Notes: generated from the letters alone by a model not told the origin. A stretch of DNA of 64,000 nt from Acutalibacteraceae bacterium (GCA_045646145.1 JAZRKE010000010.1:18847-82846), one strand, 5' to 3'; numbered from the stretch's first letter, positions 9,336 to 20,989 are shown. Program-made: numbers and translations.

Positions 9336-10925
9336 ATGAAAAAACTATTAGCAATCGTTTTATTCTTAACATTAACCTTGGAGCTTTGCGCCTGCACAAG
9401 TGTGGCACCCGATGATAAAGAACCGTATACCGATTTTTTAAGCGGAAAACTGCCCTTTATAAATGACAAAGGTGAAGAAACATATATAACCGATTTTAAT
9501 TTCTTCGGTGAGGAAACCGCCTATGCGCTTTACGATATGAACGGCGATAGCAATCCCGAACTGTTAGTTAATATGTCCCCCGAGCTTCATATCTTTACCC
9601 TTGCGGATAATATGGTAAAGCTCTGGCGTTCCGATACTGCCTATAGCTCTCGTCCGCTTAATAACGGCGCTATTCTATACGAGCGCCACGGTGGAGGCCC
9701 TGAACACATAAACTACATATACTATGTCCCCGATTTTTACGGCAATACAAAATATGAAATTAGTTTTTCCTATTGGGAAAGCGACGGTGAAAACCCCGAA
9801 TGGTATGATATTAACGGTGAAGAGGTGTCAAAAGAGGCTTATGATGCCGTAACAAAACCTATTCTCCTGATCGGAGATAATAAAATAGAGTGGAAACTGA
9901 TTAACGATAAACCCTCTGAAAAAAATGAGTTCATTAATAATGCTGTTAACGCTTACAATAAATTTTTAAGTGGTGAATTAGCAGCGAAAGATACAGAAAG
10001 CAACAAACCCATTTATATAAGTGATTTTAATGGCCCAATTGATATGTCTTACAGTATTTATGATATAAATTTCGACGACACACCCGAACTATTAACACGC
10101 TCTTACGGTTTTGATGTTTTTTCATTTAAAAACGGTGAAATTATCTATCTGTATTCATCAGGCAGCTTCGCCCTACACGGCAATCTTGGATTTGCTCTTG
10201 AAGACGGACGATTATATTACGCGCTCGATACCACCGGAACAAGCCATACCTTCGTAACTGTTGATAAGGATTTAAATGTTACCGAATTCAACTTTTTTGA
10301 CGGTGATGATTCCAATAACCCCCTCTATCTTTTCGGTGGAAATGAGGTGTCAAAAGCGGAATTTGATTCTTTAACTGCGCCGTATTTCGCCGCTACCGAG
10401 AAAAAAGTAGATTTAAAATGGAAGCCTATAAATAAAAACGAAACCCTGCTTGGTGTTTTAAATGATAATCAAAAATTTATAATTAACGGCTCCTCCTTCA
10501 CCCTTATGGAATATCTGAATTCGGTAGGCGGAAAATCAGGCTTCAATCCGGTAAAATACACCCTTGTCGACCTTGATTCAGACCTACAAGAAGAACTGAT
10601 TATTGAATATGGAAATTATTACGGTTTTTTGATTGTTCACTATTCTGAAAGCGATGGCAAACTATATGGCTATGATGAAGTATACCGAGGTATTAACCCT
10701 TTAAAAGCTGACGGTCGATTTCGGGGTAGTGACGGTGCCGCTTACGGAAGTATTGGCACTATGAGTTTTATTGAAGGAGAAAAAATTATTACCTACCTCG
10801 CCGAATGGGATGATATTGAAAAAATTTATAAAATAAACGGCAAGAGTGTAGAAAAAACAGAATTTGATAACTATATTAAAAATTTTGAAAACACCCCCAA
10901 CGCAACCTGGATAAATTTTGATTAA
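9336..10925 (+). CDS. hypothetical lipoprotein with three internal repeat modules
   Basis: MKKLLAIVLFLTLTLELCAC signal peptide with lipobox. AGGGAGG RBS before ATG 9336. Three modules share FLSG.L..., YD(M/I)N.D..PELL and NG.EVSK.E(Y/F)D. Confidence 0.6.
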   Translation: MKKLLAIVLFLTLTLELCACTSVAPDDKEPYTDFLSGKLPFINDKGEETYITDFNFFGEETAYALYDMNGDSNPELLVNMSPELHIFTLADNMVKLWRSDTAYSSRPLNNGAILYERHGGGPEHINYIYYVPDFYGNTKYEISFSYWESDGENPEWYDINGEEVSKEAYDAVTKPILLIGDNKIEWKLINDKPSEKNEFINNAVNAYNKFLSGELAAKDTESNKPIYISDFNGPIDMSYSIYDINFDDTPELLTRSYGFDVFSFKNGEIIYLYSSGSFALHGNLGFALEDGRLYYALDTTGTSHTFVTVDKDLNVTEFNFFDGDDSNNPLYLFGGNEVSKAEFDSLTAPYFAATEKKVDLKWKPINKNETLLGVLNDNQKFIINGSSFTLMEYLNSVGGKSGFNPVKYTLVDLDSDLQEELIIEYGNYYGFLIVHYSESDGKLYGYDEVYRGINPLKADGRFRGSDGAAYGSIGTMSFIEGEKIITYLAEWDDIEKIYKINGKSVEKTEFDNYIKNFENTPNATWINFD

Positions 10926-10960
10926 ATGAATTACAGAATATTTATAACGGAGATAATGTA

Positions 10961-11509
10961 ATGAAAAAACTAATTTGTATTATTCTGTCGCTTTTGGTTT
11001 TAACAGTCTGCTTTTGCAGTTGCAAAGCACCCGAAAACAATGATGAAATAAAACCTACTGAAAATACGGAAACGAAAAATGACCAAAGCGAAACCTTGGC
11101 GGATAAATTGATTAGGGAGATTGAAACCCGTTATAACGAGGAATTAGATTTACCTGAAAACAGTTCAACCGCCGGAATGTGTTCTGTTTCCAATAAATAT
11201 ACTGCGAAATGGAAAGAGGTTGCCGACCATTGCTATGATAAAATTATGAATTATAACGGCATTGTAGCAGAAAGCGAAGACTACTACACCTCCGACGATT
11301 TGCATACCTTTGTTTCAAATATGAAGACCAGTTGGGAACTTTACTACAAAGAACAGTGCGATAATTACCAAAAAACCTTGGCAACAATTTATAGCAGAGG
11401 TTCGGTAGTGGGTACGATTTTTGCGAATTACCAGTATGAAATGCAAAAGGAATGGGCTTTACAGCTCGTGAGCATTTGTCAACATATTGGTTTAGATTTG
11501 GAATTTTAA
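10961..11509 (+). CDS. hypothetical lipoprotein (possibly DUF1311/LprI-like, weak)
   Basis: MKKLICIILSLLVLTVCFCSC lipobox. The W/Y/C spacing of the helical domain is only loosely LprI-like. Confidence 0.55.
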   Translation: MKKLICIILSLLVLTVCFCSCKAPENNDEIKPTENTETKNDQSETLADKLIREIETRYNEELDLPENSSTAGMCSVSNKYTAKWKEVADHCYDKIMNYNGIVAESEDYYTSDDLHTFVSNMKTSWELYYKEQCDNYQKTLATIYSRGSVVGTIFANYQYEMQKEWALQLVSICQHIGLDLEF

Positions 11510-11523
11510 AGGAAGTGATTATT

Positions 11524-11988
11524 TTGCTAAAAAAGCTTTTAAAAATTATTATTCCTATTATTCTTTTATCTCCGATTATTGTGTATGTCGCCATTGTAAT
11601 TACAAACAACTGCATCGCCGATAAAATAGAAAAGGATTTAATCAAATATGATTTACCTGCGAACACCGTTTTGGTTGACTCCGTCTCTGCTGCGGGTAAG
11701 CTTGTAGGTAGTGGCAATGGTATGCAGTATATGGGCTCCATTCTTGTCAGTTCGGATTTAACAGAACAAGAAATTTCCAAACATTACGGTAAACAATTCG
11801 ATTTTATCGAGGTAAGACACCAAGAAACTGAAGCCCTTGATTTTATTATGGCGAATAAACACTTTAAACGATTAAAAGATACCAATGTTAATACTTATTA
11901 TTCGGTTACCTGTTGGGACGAAAATACAACCGAGCATTTTAACGACTTTATCATAGCTCTGCTTGATTTAGACCTACGTGCACATTAA
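11524..11988 (+). CDS. hypothetical membrane-anchored protein
   Basis: TTG start 8 nt after AGGAAGTG. N-terminal TM helix (LLKKLLKIIIPIILLSPIIVYVAIVI). The ORF-track start at 11452 overlaps the previous gene. Confidence 0.45.
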   Translation: MLKKLLKIIIPIILLSPIIVYVAIVITNNCIADKIEKDLIKYDLPANTVLVDSVSAAGKLVGSGNGMQYMGSILVSSDLTEQEISKHYGKQFDFIEVRHQETEALDFIMANKHFKRLKDTNVNTYYSVTCWDENTTEHFNDFIIALLDLDLRAH

Positions 11989-12080
11989 TTTAACGATTAG
12001 AGAACAATATTATAGTCAAAGTATTTAAGCTAAACGCTCATTACTTCTTCACTCTTACCTCTTACTTATTACCTATCATA

Positions 12081-12115
12081 AAAAAGACCTTACCAAGCGG
12101 TAAGGTCTTTTTTTG
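12081..12115. terminator. bidirectional intrinsic terminator between convergent genes
   Basis: A5-aagaccttacc-aagc-ggtaaggtctt-T7. Confidence 0.75.
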
Positions 12116-12201
12116 ATTTAGTCCCCACATCATAAGGCTGTTTTCCAGACTTGCAATGTGAGGACCAAAGGTTGTGTTATTTAATTTACACCTTAGAGAA
12201 A

Positions 12202-12552
12202 TTAGATTAACTCGATAATTGCCATTTCTGCGGCGTCGCCTCTGCGAGGACCGGTTTTAGTAATACGGCAGTAGCCACCGTTAGTACCTGCATACTTAGG
12301 AGCGATTTCGTCGTAAAGCTTCTTTACAACATTCTCCTTAGTAATGAAGGCTAAAGCCTGACGCTTACTGTGAAGGCTATTATCCTTTGCGAGTGTAATA
12401 TATTTCTCTGCCACCGAACGAACCTCTTTAGCGCGGGTAACTGTGGTTTCAATCTTTCCGTTTTCGAAGAGGAAGGTAACCATAGCTCTGAGCATTGCGG
12501 TTCTGTGGTCGCTGGTTCTTCCAAGTTTTCTTGTACCTGGCATTATACTCAC
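12202..12552 (-). CDS. rplQ: 50S ribosomal protein L17
   Basis: Sequence typical of bL17; last gene of the alpha operon. Confidence 0.97.
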   Translation of the reverse strand: MSIMPGTRKLGRTSDHRTAMLRAMVTFLFENGKIETTVTRAKEVRSVAEKYITLAKDNSLHSKRQALAFITKENVVKKLYDEIAPKYAGTNGGYCRITKTGPRRGDAAEMAIIELI

Positions 12553-12576
12553 TCCTTTTTTAGTGTGATAGGCCTA

Positions 12577-13527
12577 TTATTCTACTTCTTTTTTGAGGGT
12601 AAAGCCGAATGAATCGAGCTTTGCAATAACCTCTTCTAAAGACTTACGGCCAAGGTTTCTGACCTTCATCATATCCTCTTCGGACTTTTCAATAAGGTCT
12701 TCAACCGTATTGATTCCTGCGCGCTTTAAGCAGTTAAAGCTACGAACAGATAAATCAAGCTCCTCGATAGTCATATCAAGAACCTTCTCCTTATCACTGC
12801 TACCCTTTTCAGCCATAAAGCTGGTGGTGTCGGCAGCGCAATCCGAAAGATTGAGGAAAAGTTCGAAATGCTCTATAAGGATTTTTGCGGACATAGAAAC
12901 GGCCTCATTTGCCTTAATGGAACCGTCGGTCCATACCTCTAATGTAAGCTTACCTTTATCGGTAACCTGACCTACACGGGTATTATCAACTGTGAAGTTA
13001 GCTTTTAACACAGGGGTAAAGATAGAGTCAACCGGAATTACACCGATTATCGACTGTGTCGGTTTGTTAAGCTCCGAGGGAACATAACCGCGGCCACGGT
13101 CGAGTGTCATTTCCATATTGAGCTTTGCGCCCTTATCAAGAGTTGCTATATGAAGCTCGGGGTTGAGAATTTCTACCTCACTATCAGCCTTAATATCGGC
13201 GCCTGTAACAGTGCAGGGACCTTCAGCCTCGATGTAAACAGTTTTTGTTTCCTCACTGTGAAGCTTTGCAATAAGACCTTTAATGTTAAGAACTATTTCA
13301 GTTACATCTTCTTTAACACCTGGGATGGTTGTGAACTCGTGAACAACACCATCAATTTTAATGGTTGTTACAGCAACACCGGGAAGTGTTGATAAAAGCA
13401 CTCTGCGCATACTGTTACCTAAAGTAATAGCATATCCGCGCTCAAGCGGCTCCATCACGAATTTACCGTAGGTGCCGTCTTCTGATAATTCCAGCGTTTC
13501 AATTCTGGGCTTTTCAATCTCTATCAT
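12577..13527 (-). CDS. rpoA: DNA-directed RNA polymerase subunit alpha
   Basis: 316 aa, MIEIEKP... N-terminus and C-terminal domain [17 protein letters not shown]. Confidence 0.97.
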   Translation of the reverse strand: MIEIEKPRIETLELSEDGTYGKFVMEPLERGYAITLGNSMRRVLLSTLPGVAVTTIKIDGVVHEFTTIPGVKEDVTEIVLNIKGLIAKLHSEETKTVYIEAEGPCTVTGADIKADSEVEILNPELHIATLDKGAKLNMEMTLDRGRGYVPSELNKPTQSIIGVIPVDSIFTPVLKANFTVDNTRVGQVTDKGKLTLEVWTDGSIKANEAVSMSAKILIEHFELFLNLSDCAADTTSFMAEKGSSDKEKVLDMTIEELDLSVRSFNCLKRAGINTVEDLIEKSEEDMMKVRNLGRKSLEEVIAKLDSFGFTLKKEVE

Positions 13528-13606
13528 TTAAAAGCTCCATTTCTCCGCACAAGTGATTTTAAATCTGGTATTTTGTGCGGCAAATACCAAAATAAACAGA
13601 ATTTTA

Positions 13607-14233
13607 TTACTTAGAATAGAATTCAACGATAAGCTGTTCCTCAACGGGAGCTTCAATCTGAGCGCGCTCAGGAAGATTTACAACCTTAGCTGTAAGGGCG
13701 GTCTTATCAACATCGATCCACTCCGGAACGGGTTTAGAACCGTTTGTTTCAAGTACAGCCTTAATCTTCTCACTGCTCTTGCTCTTTTCGCAGATAGCAA
13801 CTGTTTCACCGGCTTTTAAAAGGTAAGAAGCGATATCTACACGCTTGCCATCTACCTCAAAATGACCGTGTCCAACAAGCTGTCTTGCTTCTGCACGAGA
13901 TGAAGCAAAGCCTGCTCTGTAAACAACATTGTCAAGACGGCTCTCGAGAATCTGTAAAAGGTTTTCACCGGTGATTCCCTGCTTTCTCTCAGCTATTTCA
14001 AAATAGTGATGGAATTGAGCCTCCTGTACACCGTAAAATCTTCTGGCTCTCTGCTTAGCACGAAGCTGAATGCCATATTCTGAAGACTTTTTACGGCCCT
14101 GTCCGTGTTGGCCGGGTGCATAAGCACGGATACCAACGGAACACTTATCGGAATAGCAACGCTCGCCCTTTAAGAAAAGCTTCTGTCCTTCTCTACGGCA
14201 AAGCTTGCATACTGCTCCAGTATATCTAGCCAT
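13607..14233 (-). CDS. rpsD: 30S ribosomal protein S4
   Basis: [26 protein letters not shown] start; uS4. Confidence 0.97.
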   Translation of the reverse strand: MARYTGAVCKLCRREGQKLFLKGERCYSDKCSVGIRAYAPGQHGQGRKKSSEYGIQLRAKQRARRFYGVQEAQFHHYFEIAERKQGITGENLLQILESRLDNVVYRAGFASSRAEARQLVGHGHFEVDGKRVDIASYLLKAGETVAICEKSKSSEKIKAVLETNGSKPVPEWIDVDKTALTAKVVNLPERAQIEAPVEEQLIVEFYSK

Positions 14234-14257
14234 TTTTTTACCTCCAATTAAATTCGG

Positions 14258-14650
14258 TTACACGCGTCTTCTCTTCGGAGGACGGCAACCGTTGTGCGGG
14301 ATAGGAGTTACGTCTTTAATCATAGTAACTTCAAGTCCTGCGGACTGTAACGCACGGATAGCAGCCACACGGCCTGCACCCGGACCCTTAACATATACTT
14401 CTACTGTTTTGAGGCCGTGCTCCATAGCAGCCTTAGCTGCGGTCTCTGCTGCAGACTGAGCAGCAAAGGGTGTGGATTTACGTGAACCTCTGAAACCGAG
14501 TTCTCCGGCGGAAGCCCAAGAAAGAGCATTACCCTGAGTATCGGTGATAGTGATAATAGTATTGTTGAAGGTCGACTGGATATGGGCAGCACCACGTTCA
14601 ATATTTTTCTTTTCGCGTCTACGGCGTGTTGCAGTAGTCTTAGTAGCCAT
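14258..14650 (-). CDS. rpsK: 30S ribosomal protein S11
   Basis: uS11 sequence ([18 protein letters not shown]). Confidence 0.97.
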   Translation of the reverse strand: MATKTTATRRRREKKNIERGAAHIQSTFNNTIITITDTQGNALSWASAGELGFRGSRKSTPFAAQSAAETAAKAAMEHGLKTVEVYVKGPGAGRVAAIRALQSAGLEVTMIKDVTPIPHNGCRPPKRRRV

Positions 14651-14666
14651 ATTATCTTCCTCCTAC

Positions 14667-15035
14667 TTATTTCTTCTTGTTAGCTATAGTCTTCGCCGGA
14701 CCTTTTCTGGTTCTTGCATTAGTCTTTGAACGCTGTCCGCGAACAGGAAGACTCTTGCGATGACGAAGTCCACGATAGCTTCCAATTTGAATAAGTCTTT
14801 TGATGTCAAATGCAACGGTACGGCGAAGGTCTCCCTCTACCTGAAGGTTATGTTCGATGTACTCACGCAATTTTGAAATTTCATCTTCTGTTAAATCTTT
14901 ACAACGGGTATCAGGATTGATGCCGGTCTTTGCAAGGATTTCTTTTGATGTAGTAAGACCGATTCCGTAGATATAAGTGAGTCCGATTTCAACTCGCTTC
15001 TCGTTCGGAAGGTCTACACCGCTAATACGGGCCAT
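14667..15035 (-). CDS. rpsM: 30S ribosomal protein S13
   Basis: [10 protein letters not shown]... uS13. Confidence 0.97.
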   Translation of the reverse strand: MARISGVDLPNEKRVEIGLTYIYGIGLTTSKEILAKTGINPDTRCKDLTEDEISKLREYIEHNLQVEGDLRRTVAFDIKRLIQIGSYRGLRHRKSLPVRGQRSKTNARTRKGPAKTIANKKK

Positions 15036-15071
15036 TATTCAATGCACCTCCATTAAAGTTCTGGCGCAGGA

Positions 15072-15185
15072 TTAACCCTGACGCTGTTTGTGCTTGGGGT
15101 TCTCACAGATAACCATGATTCTGCCCTTGCGCTTAATTACTTTGCATTTTTCGCAAATCTTTTTTACAGAAGGTCTGACTTTCAT
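15072..15185 (-). CDS. rpmJ: 50S ribosomal protein L36 (Zn-binding C+ form)
   Basis: Own translation: [37 protein letters not shown] (37 aa). Too short for the ORF track. Sits in the canonical infA-rpmJ-rpsM position. Confidence 0.92.
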   Translation of the reverse strand: MKVRPSVKKICEKCKVIKRKGRIMVICENPKHKQRQG

Positions 15186-15216
15186 TTGGATTTTACCTCC
15201 TAAATTTCTTACTGTC

Positions 15217-15435
15217 TTATTTAGAACGCCAGGTTATGCGTCCTTTAGACAGGTCGTATGGGGACATTTCAACCGTTACCCTATCACCCGGGAGTATTCG
15301 AATGTAGTTCATTCTCAGTTTCCCTGAAATATGGGCAAGAATTTGGTGTCCTCCCTGAATTTCAACCTTGAACATTGCGTTCGGCATGGCCTCCACAACG
15401 GTACCTTCAAGCTCTATCATATCTTCTTTTGCCAT
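15217..15435 (-). CDS. infA: translation initiation factor IF-1
   Basis: 72 aa, [13 protein letters not shown]... S1-like IF-1. Confidence 0.97.
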   Translation of the reverse strand: MAKEDMIELEGTVVEAMPNAMFKVEIQGGHQILAHISGKLRMNYIRILPGDRVTVEMSPYDLSKGRITWRSK

Positions 15436-15686
15436 TATTCTTCCTCCTTATACGCTGAGAAAACAGCGAAAATTACACGCCTTACGGCTTTATCGGATGT
15501 TAGTTTTTCTATTTCTACCGAGTGTCCGGTAAATTTAAGGTGCTTCTCATTTTTAAGCTTTGGATTGCTCAAACGGTGATGCTTACCATCACACACAAGC
15601 AGTCCCCTTTCGCTTTTTTCGGTTACTACCGAATACACACCCCTATCGTGCCCTGCAAGTGAACATACAATATATCCTACTTCCAT
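15435..15686 (-). CDS. KOW-domain RNA-binding protein (conserved small gene between map and infA in Clostridia)
   Basis: [21 protein letters not shown]... Start chosen at the ATG preceded by GGAGG. Confidence 0.7.
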   Translation of the reverse strand: MEVGYIVCSLAGHDRGVYSVVTEKSERGLLVCDGKHHRLSNPKLKNEKHLKFTGHSVEIEKLTSDKAVRRVIFAVFSAYKEEE

Positions 15687-15697
15687 CTTTTCCTCCA

Positions 15698-16447
15698 TTA
15701 GAGCTTAGTCATAATCTGAGGACCTTCAGATGTAATAGCCACTGTGTGCTCAAAGTGGGCTGACAGCGAACCGTCCTTTGTGAGAACTGTCCAACCGTCG
15801 GGCATAACCTTAACATCGGGTTTGCCTGCATTTACCATCGGCTCAATAGCAATAGTCATTCCTGGCAAGAGGCGAATTCCTCTTCCGAGGCTGCCAAAAT
15901 TCGGAACTTCGGGTGCTTCGTGAAGATTTGTGCCGATTCCGTGTCCTACAAAGTCGCGGACTACGGAGTAACCACGGGCCTCAACATACTGCTGAATAGC
16001 ATAGCTTATATCACCGATTCTGCCGCCTGCACGAGCCATTTTAATGCCCTCATAAAGGCTTTGCCTGGTCGTGTCAATCAGCCGCTTTGCTTTTGGGTTT
16101 ATATCCCCTACTGCAAAAGTGGCGGCGTTATCTCCATGATAACCGCCGAACTTCGCCCCGAGGTCTACGCTGACGATATCGCCCGCCTTTAAAACTCGGT
16201 TCTTGTTCGGTATGCCGTGAATAACCTCATGGTTTATAGATATACAAGCAGTTGCCGGATAGCCTTGGTAATTTTTAAAGTTGGGTGTGCCACCCTCCGA
16301 TAAAATATACTGCTCAGCTATCCTGTCAAGCTCGGCAGTGGTAACGCCGGGCTCTACTGCTCTACCTATTAAATCTAATGCTCCTGCCGAAATCCTGCAA
16401 GCCTCTTTCATAATGCTAAGCTCTCGGCCGGTTTTTAGAACTACCAT
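15698..16447 (-). CDS. map: type I methionine aminopeptidase
   Basis: 249 aa, with metal-ligand context typical of MetAP-I (DIVSVDLGA, HGIG, EPM). Confidence 0.95.
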   Translation of the reverse strand: MVVLKTGRELSIMKEACRISAGALDLIGRAVEPGVTTAELDRIAEQYILSEGGTPNFKNYQGYPATACISINHEVIHGIPNKNRVLKAGDIVSVDLGAKFGGYHGDNAATFAVGDINPKAKRLIDTTRQSLYEGIKMARAGGRIGDISYAIQQYVEARGYSVVRDFVGHGIGTNLHEAPEVPNFGSLGRGIRLLPGMTIAIEPMVNAGKPDVKVMPDGWTVLTKDGSLSAHFEHTVAITSEGPQIMTKL

Positions 16448-16449
16448 AA

Positions 16450-17082
16450 TTAAAGACCCAATGTCTTGAGAGTAAGAGCAGTGGTATCGGCTACCTCTTC
16501 CTGACCCTCAACTATTTTGAGCTTACCTGCAGCCCTGTAGTAATCTTTTAAGGGCTCTGTCTGCTTATGGTAAACAGCCAGTCGGTCGGCAATCGTCTGA
16601 GGACTATCGTCCTTACGCTGCACGAGTTTCTCTCCGCAAGCGTCGCAAATGCCTTCTTTGGCAGGTTTTTTATAATCTATATGATAACTTGCTCCACAGC
16701 CACCGCATACACGTCTGCCCGAAAGTCTTTGCATAATCTTTTCGTCAGCCACCTCAATAGAGAGAGCACAGTCGATTTCTATTCCCATTTTGCTGAGAGC
16801 TTCGGCCTGCGGAATTGTGCGGGGGAAGCCATCGAGAATAAAACCGTTTTTGCAGTCGTCCTTACTTAGTCGGTCGGCTATAATTCCGATTACAACACTG
16901 TCGGGAACGAGGTCGCCGTTATCAATATAGCTTTTTGCTTTAAGTCCCATTTCGGTACCGTTTTTAATAGCCTCTCTGAGAATATTACCGGTAGAAATGG
17001 TGGGAATATTAAACTTTTCACAAATTATCTCTGCCTGTGTGCCCTTGCCGGCACCGGGGGCTCCGAGAAGAATTAATTTCAT
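16450..17082 (-). CDS. adk: adenylate kinase
   Basis: GAPGAGKGTQ P-loop and a Zn-lid CGGC...CDAC. Confidence 0.96.
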   Translation of the reverse strand: MKLILLGAPGAGKGTQAEIICEKFNIPTISTGNILREAIKNGTEMGLKAKSYIDNGDLVPDSVVIGIIADRLSKDDCKNGFILDGFPRTIPQAEALSKMGIEIDCALSIEVADEKIMQRLSGRRVCGGCGASYHIDYKKPAKEGICDACGEKLVQRKDDSPQTIADRLAVYHKQTEPLKDYYRAAGKLKIVEGQEEVADTTALTLKTLGL

Positions 17083-17101
17083 AATATTACCCCCTTAAAG
17101 A

Positions 17102-18379
17102 TTAATCTAAGAATCCTTTATAATGGCGCATCATCATCTGAGATTCAAGATTATTAACAGTATCTAACGCTACACCTACTAAAATGAGTACCGAGGTTCC
17201 TCCAATAGTAATTGAAATTCCGCCAACATTTCCGATAATAATCGGAAGTATCGCGATAACACCAAGGAAAAGAGCACCCATTAAGGTAATTCTTGACAAA
17301 ATCTTCGAAATGAAATCAGAGGTGGGCTTTCCGGGTCTGATACCGGGAATTGAACCGCCGTTTCTGCGAAGATTGTTTGCCATCTCAACCGGATTGAACT
17401 GAATTGTTGTATAAAAATAAGCAAATCCGATGATAAGAACCAAATAAAGTACCGCGTATAAAACACCGCTTACACTGAAAAGTGATAAAAATTTAAATAG
17501 TGAAGAATCTGTATTCTTCATAAAAGAAAGTATCATTGTGGGTAACATAAGAATGGATGACGCAAAGATTACTGGCATAACGCCCGACATATTAACCTTA
17601 ATCGGAATATGTGTATTCTGTCCGCCATACATTTTGTTACCGACCACGCGCTTGGCATACTGAACCGGAATTCTGCGCTCCGCATTGGTCATCCAAACGA
17701 TGAATCCGATTACAATGAGGAAACCGATAATAATACCAATTACTGCAACATATCTTCCAAGCTTTATATAACTCCAAAGAGCTGCAACAGCATCGGGTGC
17801 ACGTGAAATAATACCTGAGAAAAGAAGAATGGAAATACCGTTTCCTATTCCCTTAACATCAATCTGCTCACCCAACCACATTACGAGTGCAGAACCTGCA
17901 GTAAAGCAGAGTGTAATAACAAAACCTGCAAAAATAACAGCCTTTGTACCACTAACACTTAAATAACGGTTTCCGCGCAGATAGAGGAAATACGCAAAGC
18001 CCTGAATAAGACCTAAGATAACGGTAGTATAACGGGTAATCTGCGCTATTTTCTTCTGTCCCTCTTCACCCTGCTTTGCAAGACGCTCAAGCGGGGGAAT
18101 GGCAACGGTTAATAATTGGATGATAATTGAAGAGTTAATGTACGGAGTTACCGACATTGCGAAGATAGCACCGTACTCAAGTCCGCCACCGGTTAAAACC
18201 GACAGGTAGCTGAAGAATTCGTTGGTAGAGCTTCCCATAGAAGCCATTAATGCACCTGTATTAATATACAGCACGGGAATTACCGAACCAATGCGAAAGA
18301 TAAGAATAATAAAGAAAGTGAAAAGAATTTTATTTCTGAGTTCCTTTACCTTCCAGGCATTTCTAATTGTCTGTATCAT
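17102..18379 (-). CDS. secY: preprotein translocase subunit SecY
   Basis: 425-aa polytopic membrane protein in the canonical position. Confidence 0.95.
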   Translation of the reverse strand: MIQTIRNAWKVKELRNKILFTFFIILIFRIGSVIPVLYINTGALMASMGSSTNEFFSYLSVLTGGGLEYGAIFAMSVTPYINSSIIIQLLTVAIPPLERLAKQGEEGQKKIAQITRYTTVILGLIQGFAYFLYLRGNRYLSVSGTKAVIFAGFVITLCFTAGSALVMWLGEQIDVKGIGNGISILLFSGIISRAPDAVAALWSYIKLGRYVAVIGIIIGFLIVIGFIVWMTNAERRIPVQYAKRVVGNKMYGGQNTHIPIKVNMSGVMPVIFASSILMLPTMILSFMKNTDSSLFKFLSLFSVSGVLYAVLYLVLIIGFAYFYTTIQFNPVEMANNLRRNGGSIPGIRPGKPTSDFISKILSRITLMGALFLGVIAILPIIIGNVGGISITIGGTSVLILVGVALDTVNNLESQMMMRHYKGFLD

Positions 18380-18822
18380 TATTCATTCACCTCGGCAGTT
18401 CCACCGGCTTGGGTGATTTTCTCAGCGGCCGACTTAGAATAAGCTGATAATTTAACGGTTAATTTCTTAGTTAACTTACCGTTACCCAGAACCTTTACCG
18501 GAATTTCAGCCTTTTTAATGATTCCCTTTGCCTGTAAAGCAGCAGCATCCACAACAGCTCCGTCCTCAAATACTTCGAGAGCAGCTATATTGATAGCAAC
18601 TGTCTCCTCGGCAAAAATGTTATTAAAGCCACGCTTAGGGATTCTTCTCTGAAGCGGCATCTGACCGCCTTCAAAACCGAGTTGCTGTCCGCGACCGGCA
18701 CGAGCCTTCTGTCCCTTATGACCTTTACCGGCAGTTTTACCGTTGCCGGAGCCATGACCTCTGCCTATGCGCTTAGCCTCTTTGGTAGAGCCAAACGCCG
18801 GGGATAGTTCATGCAGTTTCAT
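18379..18822 (-). CDS. rplO: 50S ribosomal protein L15
   Basis: [12 protein letters not shown]... Start at the ATG preceded by AGGAGGTG; the ORF-track start is 27 nt further upstream. Confidence 0.95.
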   Translation of the reverse strand: MKLHELSPAFGSTKEAKRIGRGHGSGNGKTAGKGHKGQKARAGRGQQLGFEGGQMPLQRRIPKRGFNNIFAEETVAINIAALEVFEDGAVVDAAALQAKGIIKKAEIPVKVLGNGKLTKKLTVKLSAYSKSAAEKITQAGGTAEVNE

Positions 18823-18876
18823 TTTTCGCACCTCCTTGCTTAGTAGCACTGCTTAAAACAGTTTAATTCCGAAGCA

Positions 18877-19074
18877 TTAAGCTTCGATTACCTCTACGAG
18901 GTGGATAACCTTAGCAATTTTACCCTTGGTCTGAGCATTATCGGGCTGTGTTACTATGTCCCCGATTTTTTTGAGTCCCAAGGATTCAACTGTAGCGATT
19001 TGGTCCTTTTTAGAACCGATAACGCTTTTTACTAACTTAATTTTAAGGCCGGTAGCCTTCTTTGCTCTTGCCAT
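18877..19074 (-). CDS. rpmD: 50S ribosomal protein L30
   Basis: uL30-like 65 aa ([11 protein letters not shown]...). Confidence 0.93.
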   Translation of the reverse strand: MARAKKATGLKIKLVKSVIGSKKDQIATVESLGLKKIGDIVTQPDNAQTKGKIAKVIHLVEVIEA

Positions 19075-19087
19075 GAGGCTGTCCTCC

Positions 19088-19603
19088 TTAACCTAAAATC
19101 TCTTTAACTGATTTACCACGGATAGCTGCAACCTCGGCGGCATCTCTTAAAGATGCAAGACCGGCTACGGTTGCACGTACTACATTACAGGGGTTCTTAG
19201 AACGCAGTGTCTTAGTACGAATATCGGTGATACCAACAGTTTCGAGTACTGCACGAACAGGGCCGCCGGCGATAACACCGGTACCGGGTGCAGCAGGCTT
19301 CATAAGAACGCGTCCTGCTCCGAACTCACCCATAACCTCGTGCGGAATTGTTGTGCCCTTTAAAGAAACCTTAATAAGATTCTTCTTGGCATCTTCAATA
19401 CCCTTGCGGATAGCTTCCGGAACTTCTCCGGCTTTACCAAGGCCAAAGCCTACAACGCCTTCACCGTTACCAACAACAACTAAAGCCGAAAACTTCATAA
19501 TGCGTCCGCCCTTAACTGTTTTAGATACACGATTAATCGCTACAACCTTTTCTCTTAAGGCCTTGGGATCATCTAATAAAGATATGTCAAATTTTGTAGC
19601 CAA
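19088..19603 (-). CDS. rpsE: 30S ribosomal protein S5
   Basis: uS5 sequence. Confidence 0.96.
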   Translation of the reverse strand: MATKFDISLLDDPKALREKVVAINRVSKTVKGGRIMKFSALVVVGNGEGVVGFGLGKAGEVPEAIRKGIEDAKKNLIKVSLKGTTIPHEVMGEFGAGRVLMKPAAPGTGVIAGGPVRAVLETVGITDIRTKTLRSKNPCNVVRATVAGLASLRDAAEVAAIRGKSVKEILG

Positions 19604-19621
19604 AAGTATTCCTCCTTCTCT

Positions 19622-19981
19622 TTAGAACTTGAGGCCACCCTCGCGGGCACCTTCGGCAAGCTCCTTAACGCGTCCGTGATAGATATAGCCGCCGCGGTCA
19701 AAAACAACAACGTCGATATTCTTCTCAAGTGCACGTTTAGCAATTAACTGTCCAACCTTGCGGGCTTCCTCTTTGTTTCCCTTAGCGTCTCCGAAATCCT
19801 TTTCAACTGAAGAAGCAGAAACTAAAGTAACACCCTTTACATCGTCTATAAGCTGGGCGTAAATGTTGCTGTTGGAGCGAAATACGTCAAGACGAGGACA
19901 CTCTGCAGTTCCGCTGATTTTACCGCGTACACGGGTATGTCTGCGGATGCGTGCCTTGTTTGAATCAGGCTTATTAACCAT
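19622..19981 (-). CDS. rplR: 50S ribosomal protein L18
   Basis: uL18 sequence. Confidence 0.96.
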   Translation of the reverse strand: MVNKPDSNKARIRRHTRVRGKISGTAECPRLDVFRSNSNIYAQLIDDVKGVTLVSASSVEKDFGDAKGNKEEARKVGQLIAKRALEKNIDVVVFDRGGYIYHGRVKELAEGAREGGLKF

Positions 19982-19999
19982 TTTAATACACTCCTTAAA

Positions 20000-20548
20000 T
20001 TATTTCTTTCCGCCCTTAGCGGCCTTACCTTCTTTGCGGCGTACATATTCGCCAGCGTATCTGATACCCTTGCCCTTATACGGCTCCGGCAGACGCTTAA
20101 TGCGAATTTCGGCTGCAAACTGGCCAACCTTTTGTTTATCAGGTCCGGAAACAATTATTGAGTTCGGATTGGGAACTTCAATTGTGATACCCGGAATTTC
20201 TGACATAACTACCTGATGTGAGAAACCGAGGTTCATAACTAGGTCCTTACCCTGCTTCTGAACACGGTAACCAACACCGTTAACCTCTAATTCCTTTTTA
20301 AAACCGTTTGTTACACCCTCAACCATGTTAGCAACGAGTGTACGGGTAAGACCGTGAAGTGAACGGTGCTCTTTAGCGTCGCTCGGTCTTGTTACGATAA
20401 TCTCGTTGTTTTCTACTTTAATAGAAATTTCAGGGCTAAATGTGTTTTTAAGTTCGGCCTTAGGTCCCTTAACGGTAACCTCACAGCCATCAATTTTAAC
20501 CTCTACACCGGCAGGAATTGCGATAGGTTTCTTTCCAATTCTTGACAT
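20000..20548 (-). CDS. rplF: 50S ribosomal protein L6
   Basis: [17 protein letters not shown]... uL6. Confidence 0.97.
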   Translation of the reverse strand: MSRIGKKPIAIPAGVEVKIDGCEVTVKGPKAELKNTFSPEISIKVENNEIIVTRPSDAKEHRSLHGLTRTLVANMVEGVTNGFKKELEVNGVGYRVQKQGKDLVMNLGFSHQVVMSEIPGITIEVPNPNSIIVSGPDKQKVGQFAAEIRIKRLPEPYKGKGIRYAGEYVRRKEGKAAKGGKK

Positions 20549-20562
20549 TGTGACGCACCTCC

Positions 20563-20961
20563 TTACCAGACAAAAGCAAGAACTTCGCCGCCAACATTGA
20601 GCGTACGTGCCTGCTTATCTGTAATTATTCCTTTAGAGGTGGAAAGGATTGCAATACCGAGGCCCTTCATAACCTTAGGCATATCCTCTACATTGGTGTA
20701 AATACGAAGTCCAGGCTTGGAAACTCTGCGAATTCCTGTAATAACCTGGGACTTATTAGGACCGTACTTCAATACAATATGAATTACGCCCTGCTTTCCG
20801 TCATCAATGACCTGAAAGCTTGTAATATAACCTTCATCAAGTAAAATATGGGCAATAGCCTTCTTTACATTGGATGCAGGTATATCAACCGAATCGTGTT
20901 TCGCAGATGAAGCATTACGAATTCTTGTAAGCATATCAGCGATAGTATCGGTGATTTGCAT
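20563..20961 (-). CDS. rpsH: 30S ribosomal protein S8
   Basis: uS8 ([13 protein letters not shown]). Confidence 0.97.
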   Translation of the reverse strand: MQITDTIADMLTRIRNASSAKHDSVDIPASNVKKAIAHILLDEGYITSFQVIDDGKQGVIHIVLKYGPNKSQVITGIRRVSKPGLRIYTNVEDMPKVMKGLGIAILSTSKGIITDKQARTLNVGGEVLAFVW

Positions 20962-20989
20962 GATGTAAACCTCCTTTAAGCCTTACTTA

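Noticed and set aside
11244-11780. 178-aa minus-strand ORF.
   Set aside because: It overlaps two plus-strand genes that have signal peptides and RBSs, has no RBS of its own, and has an odd composition.
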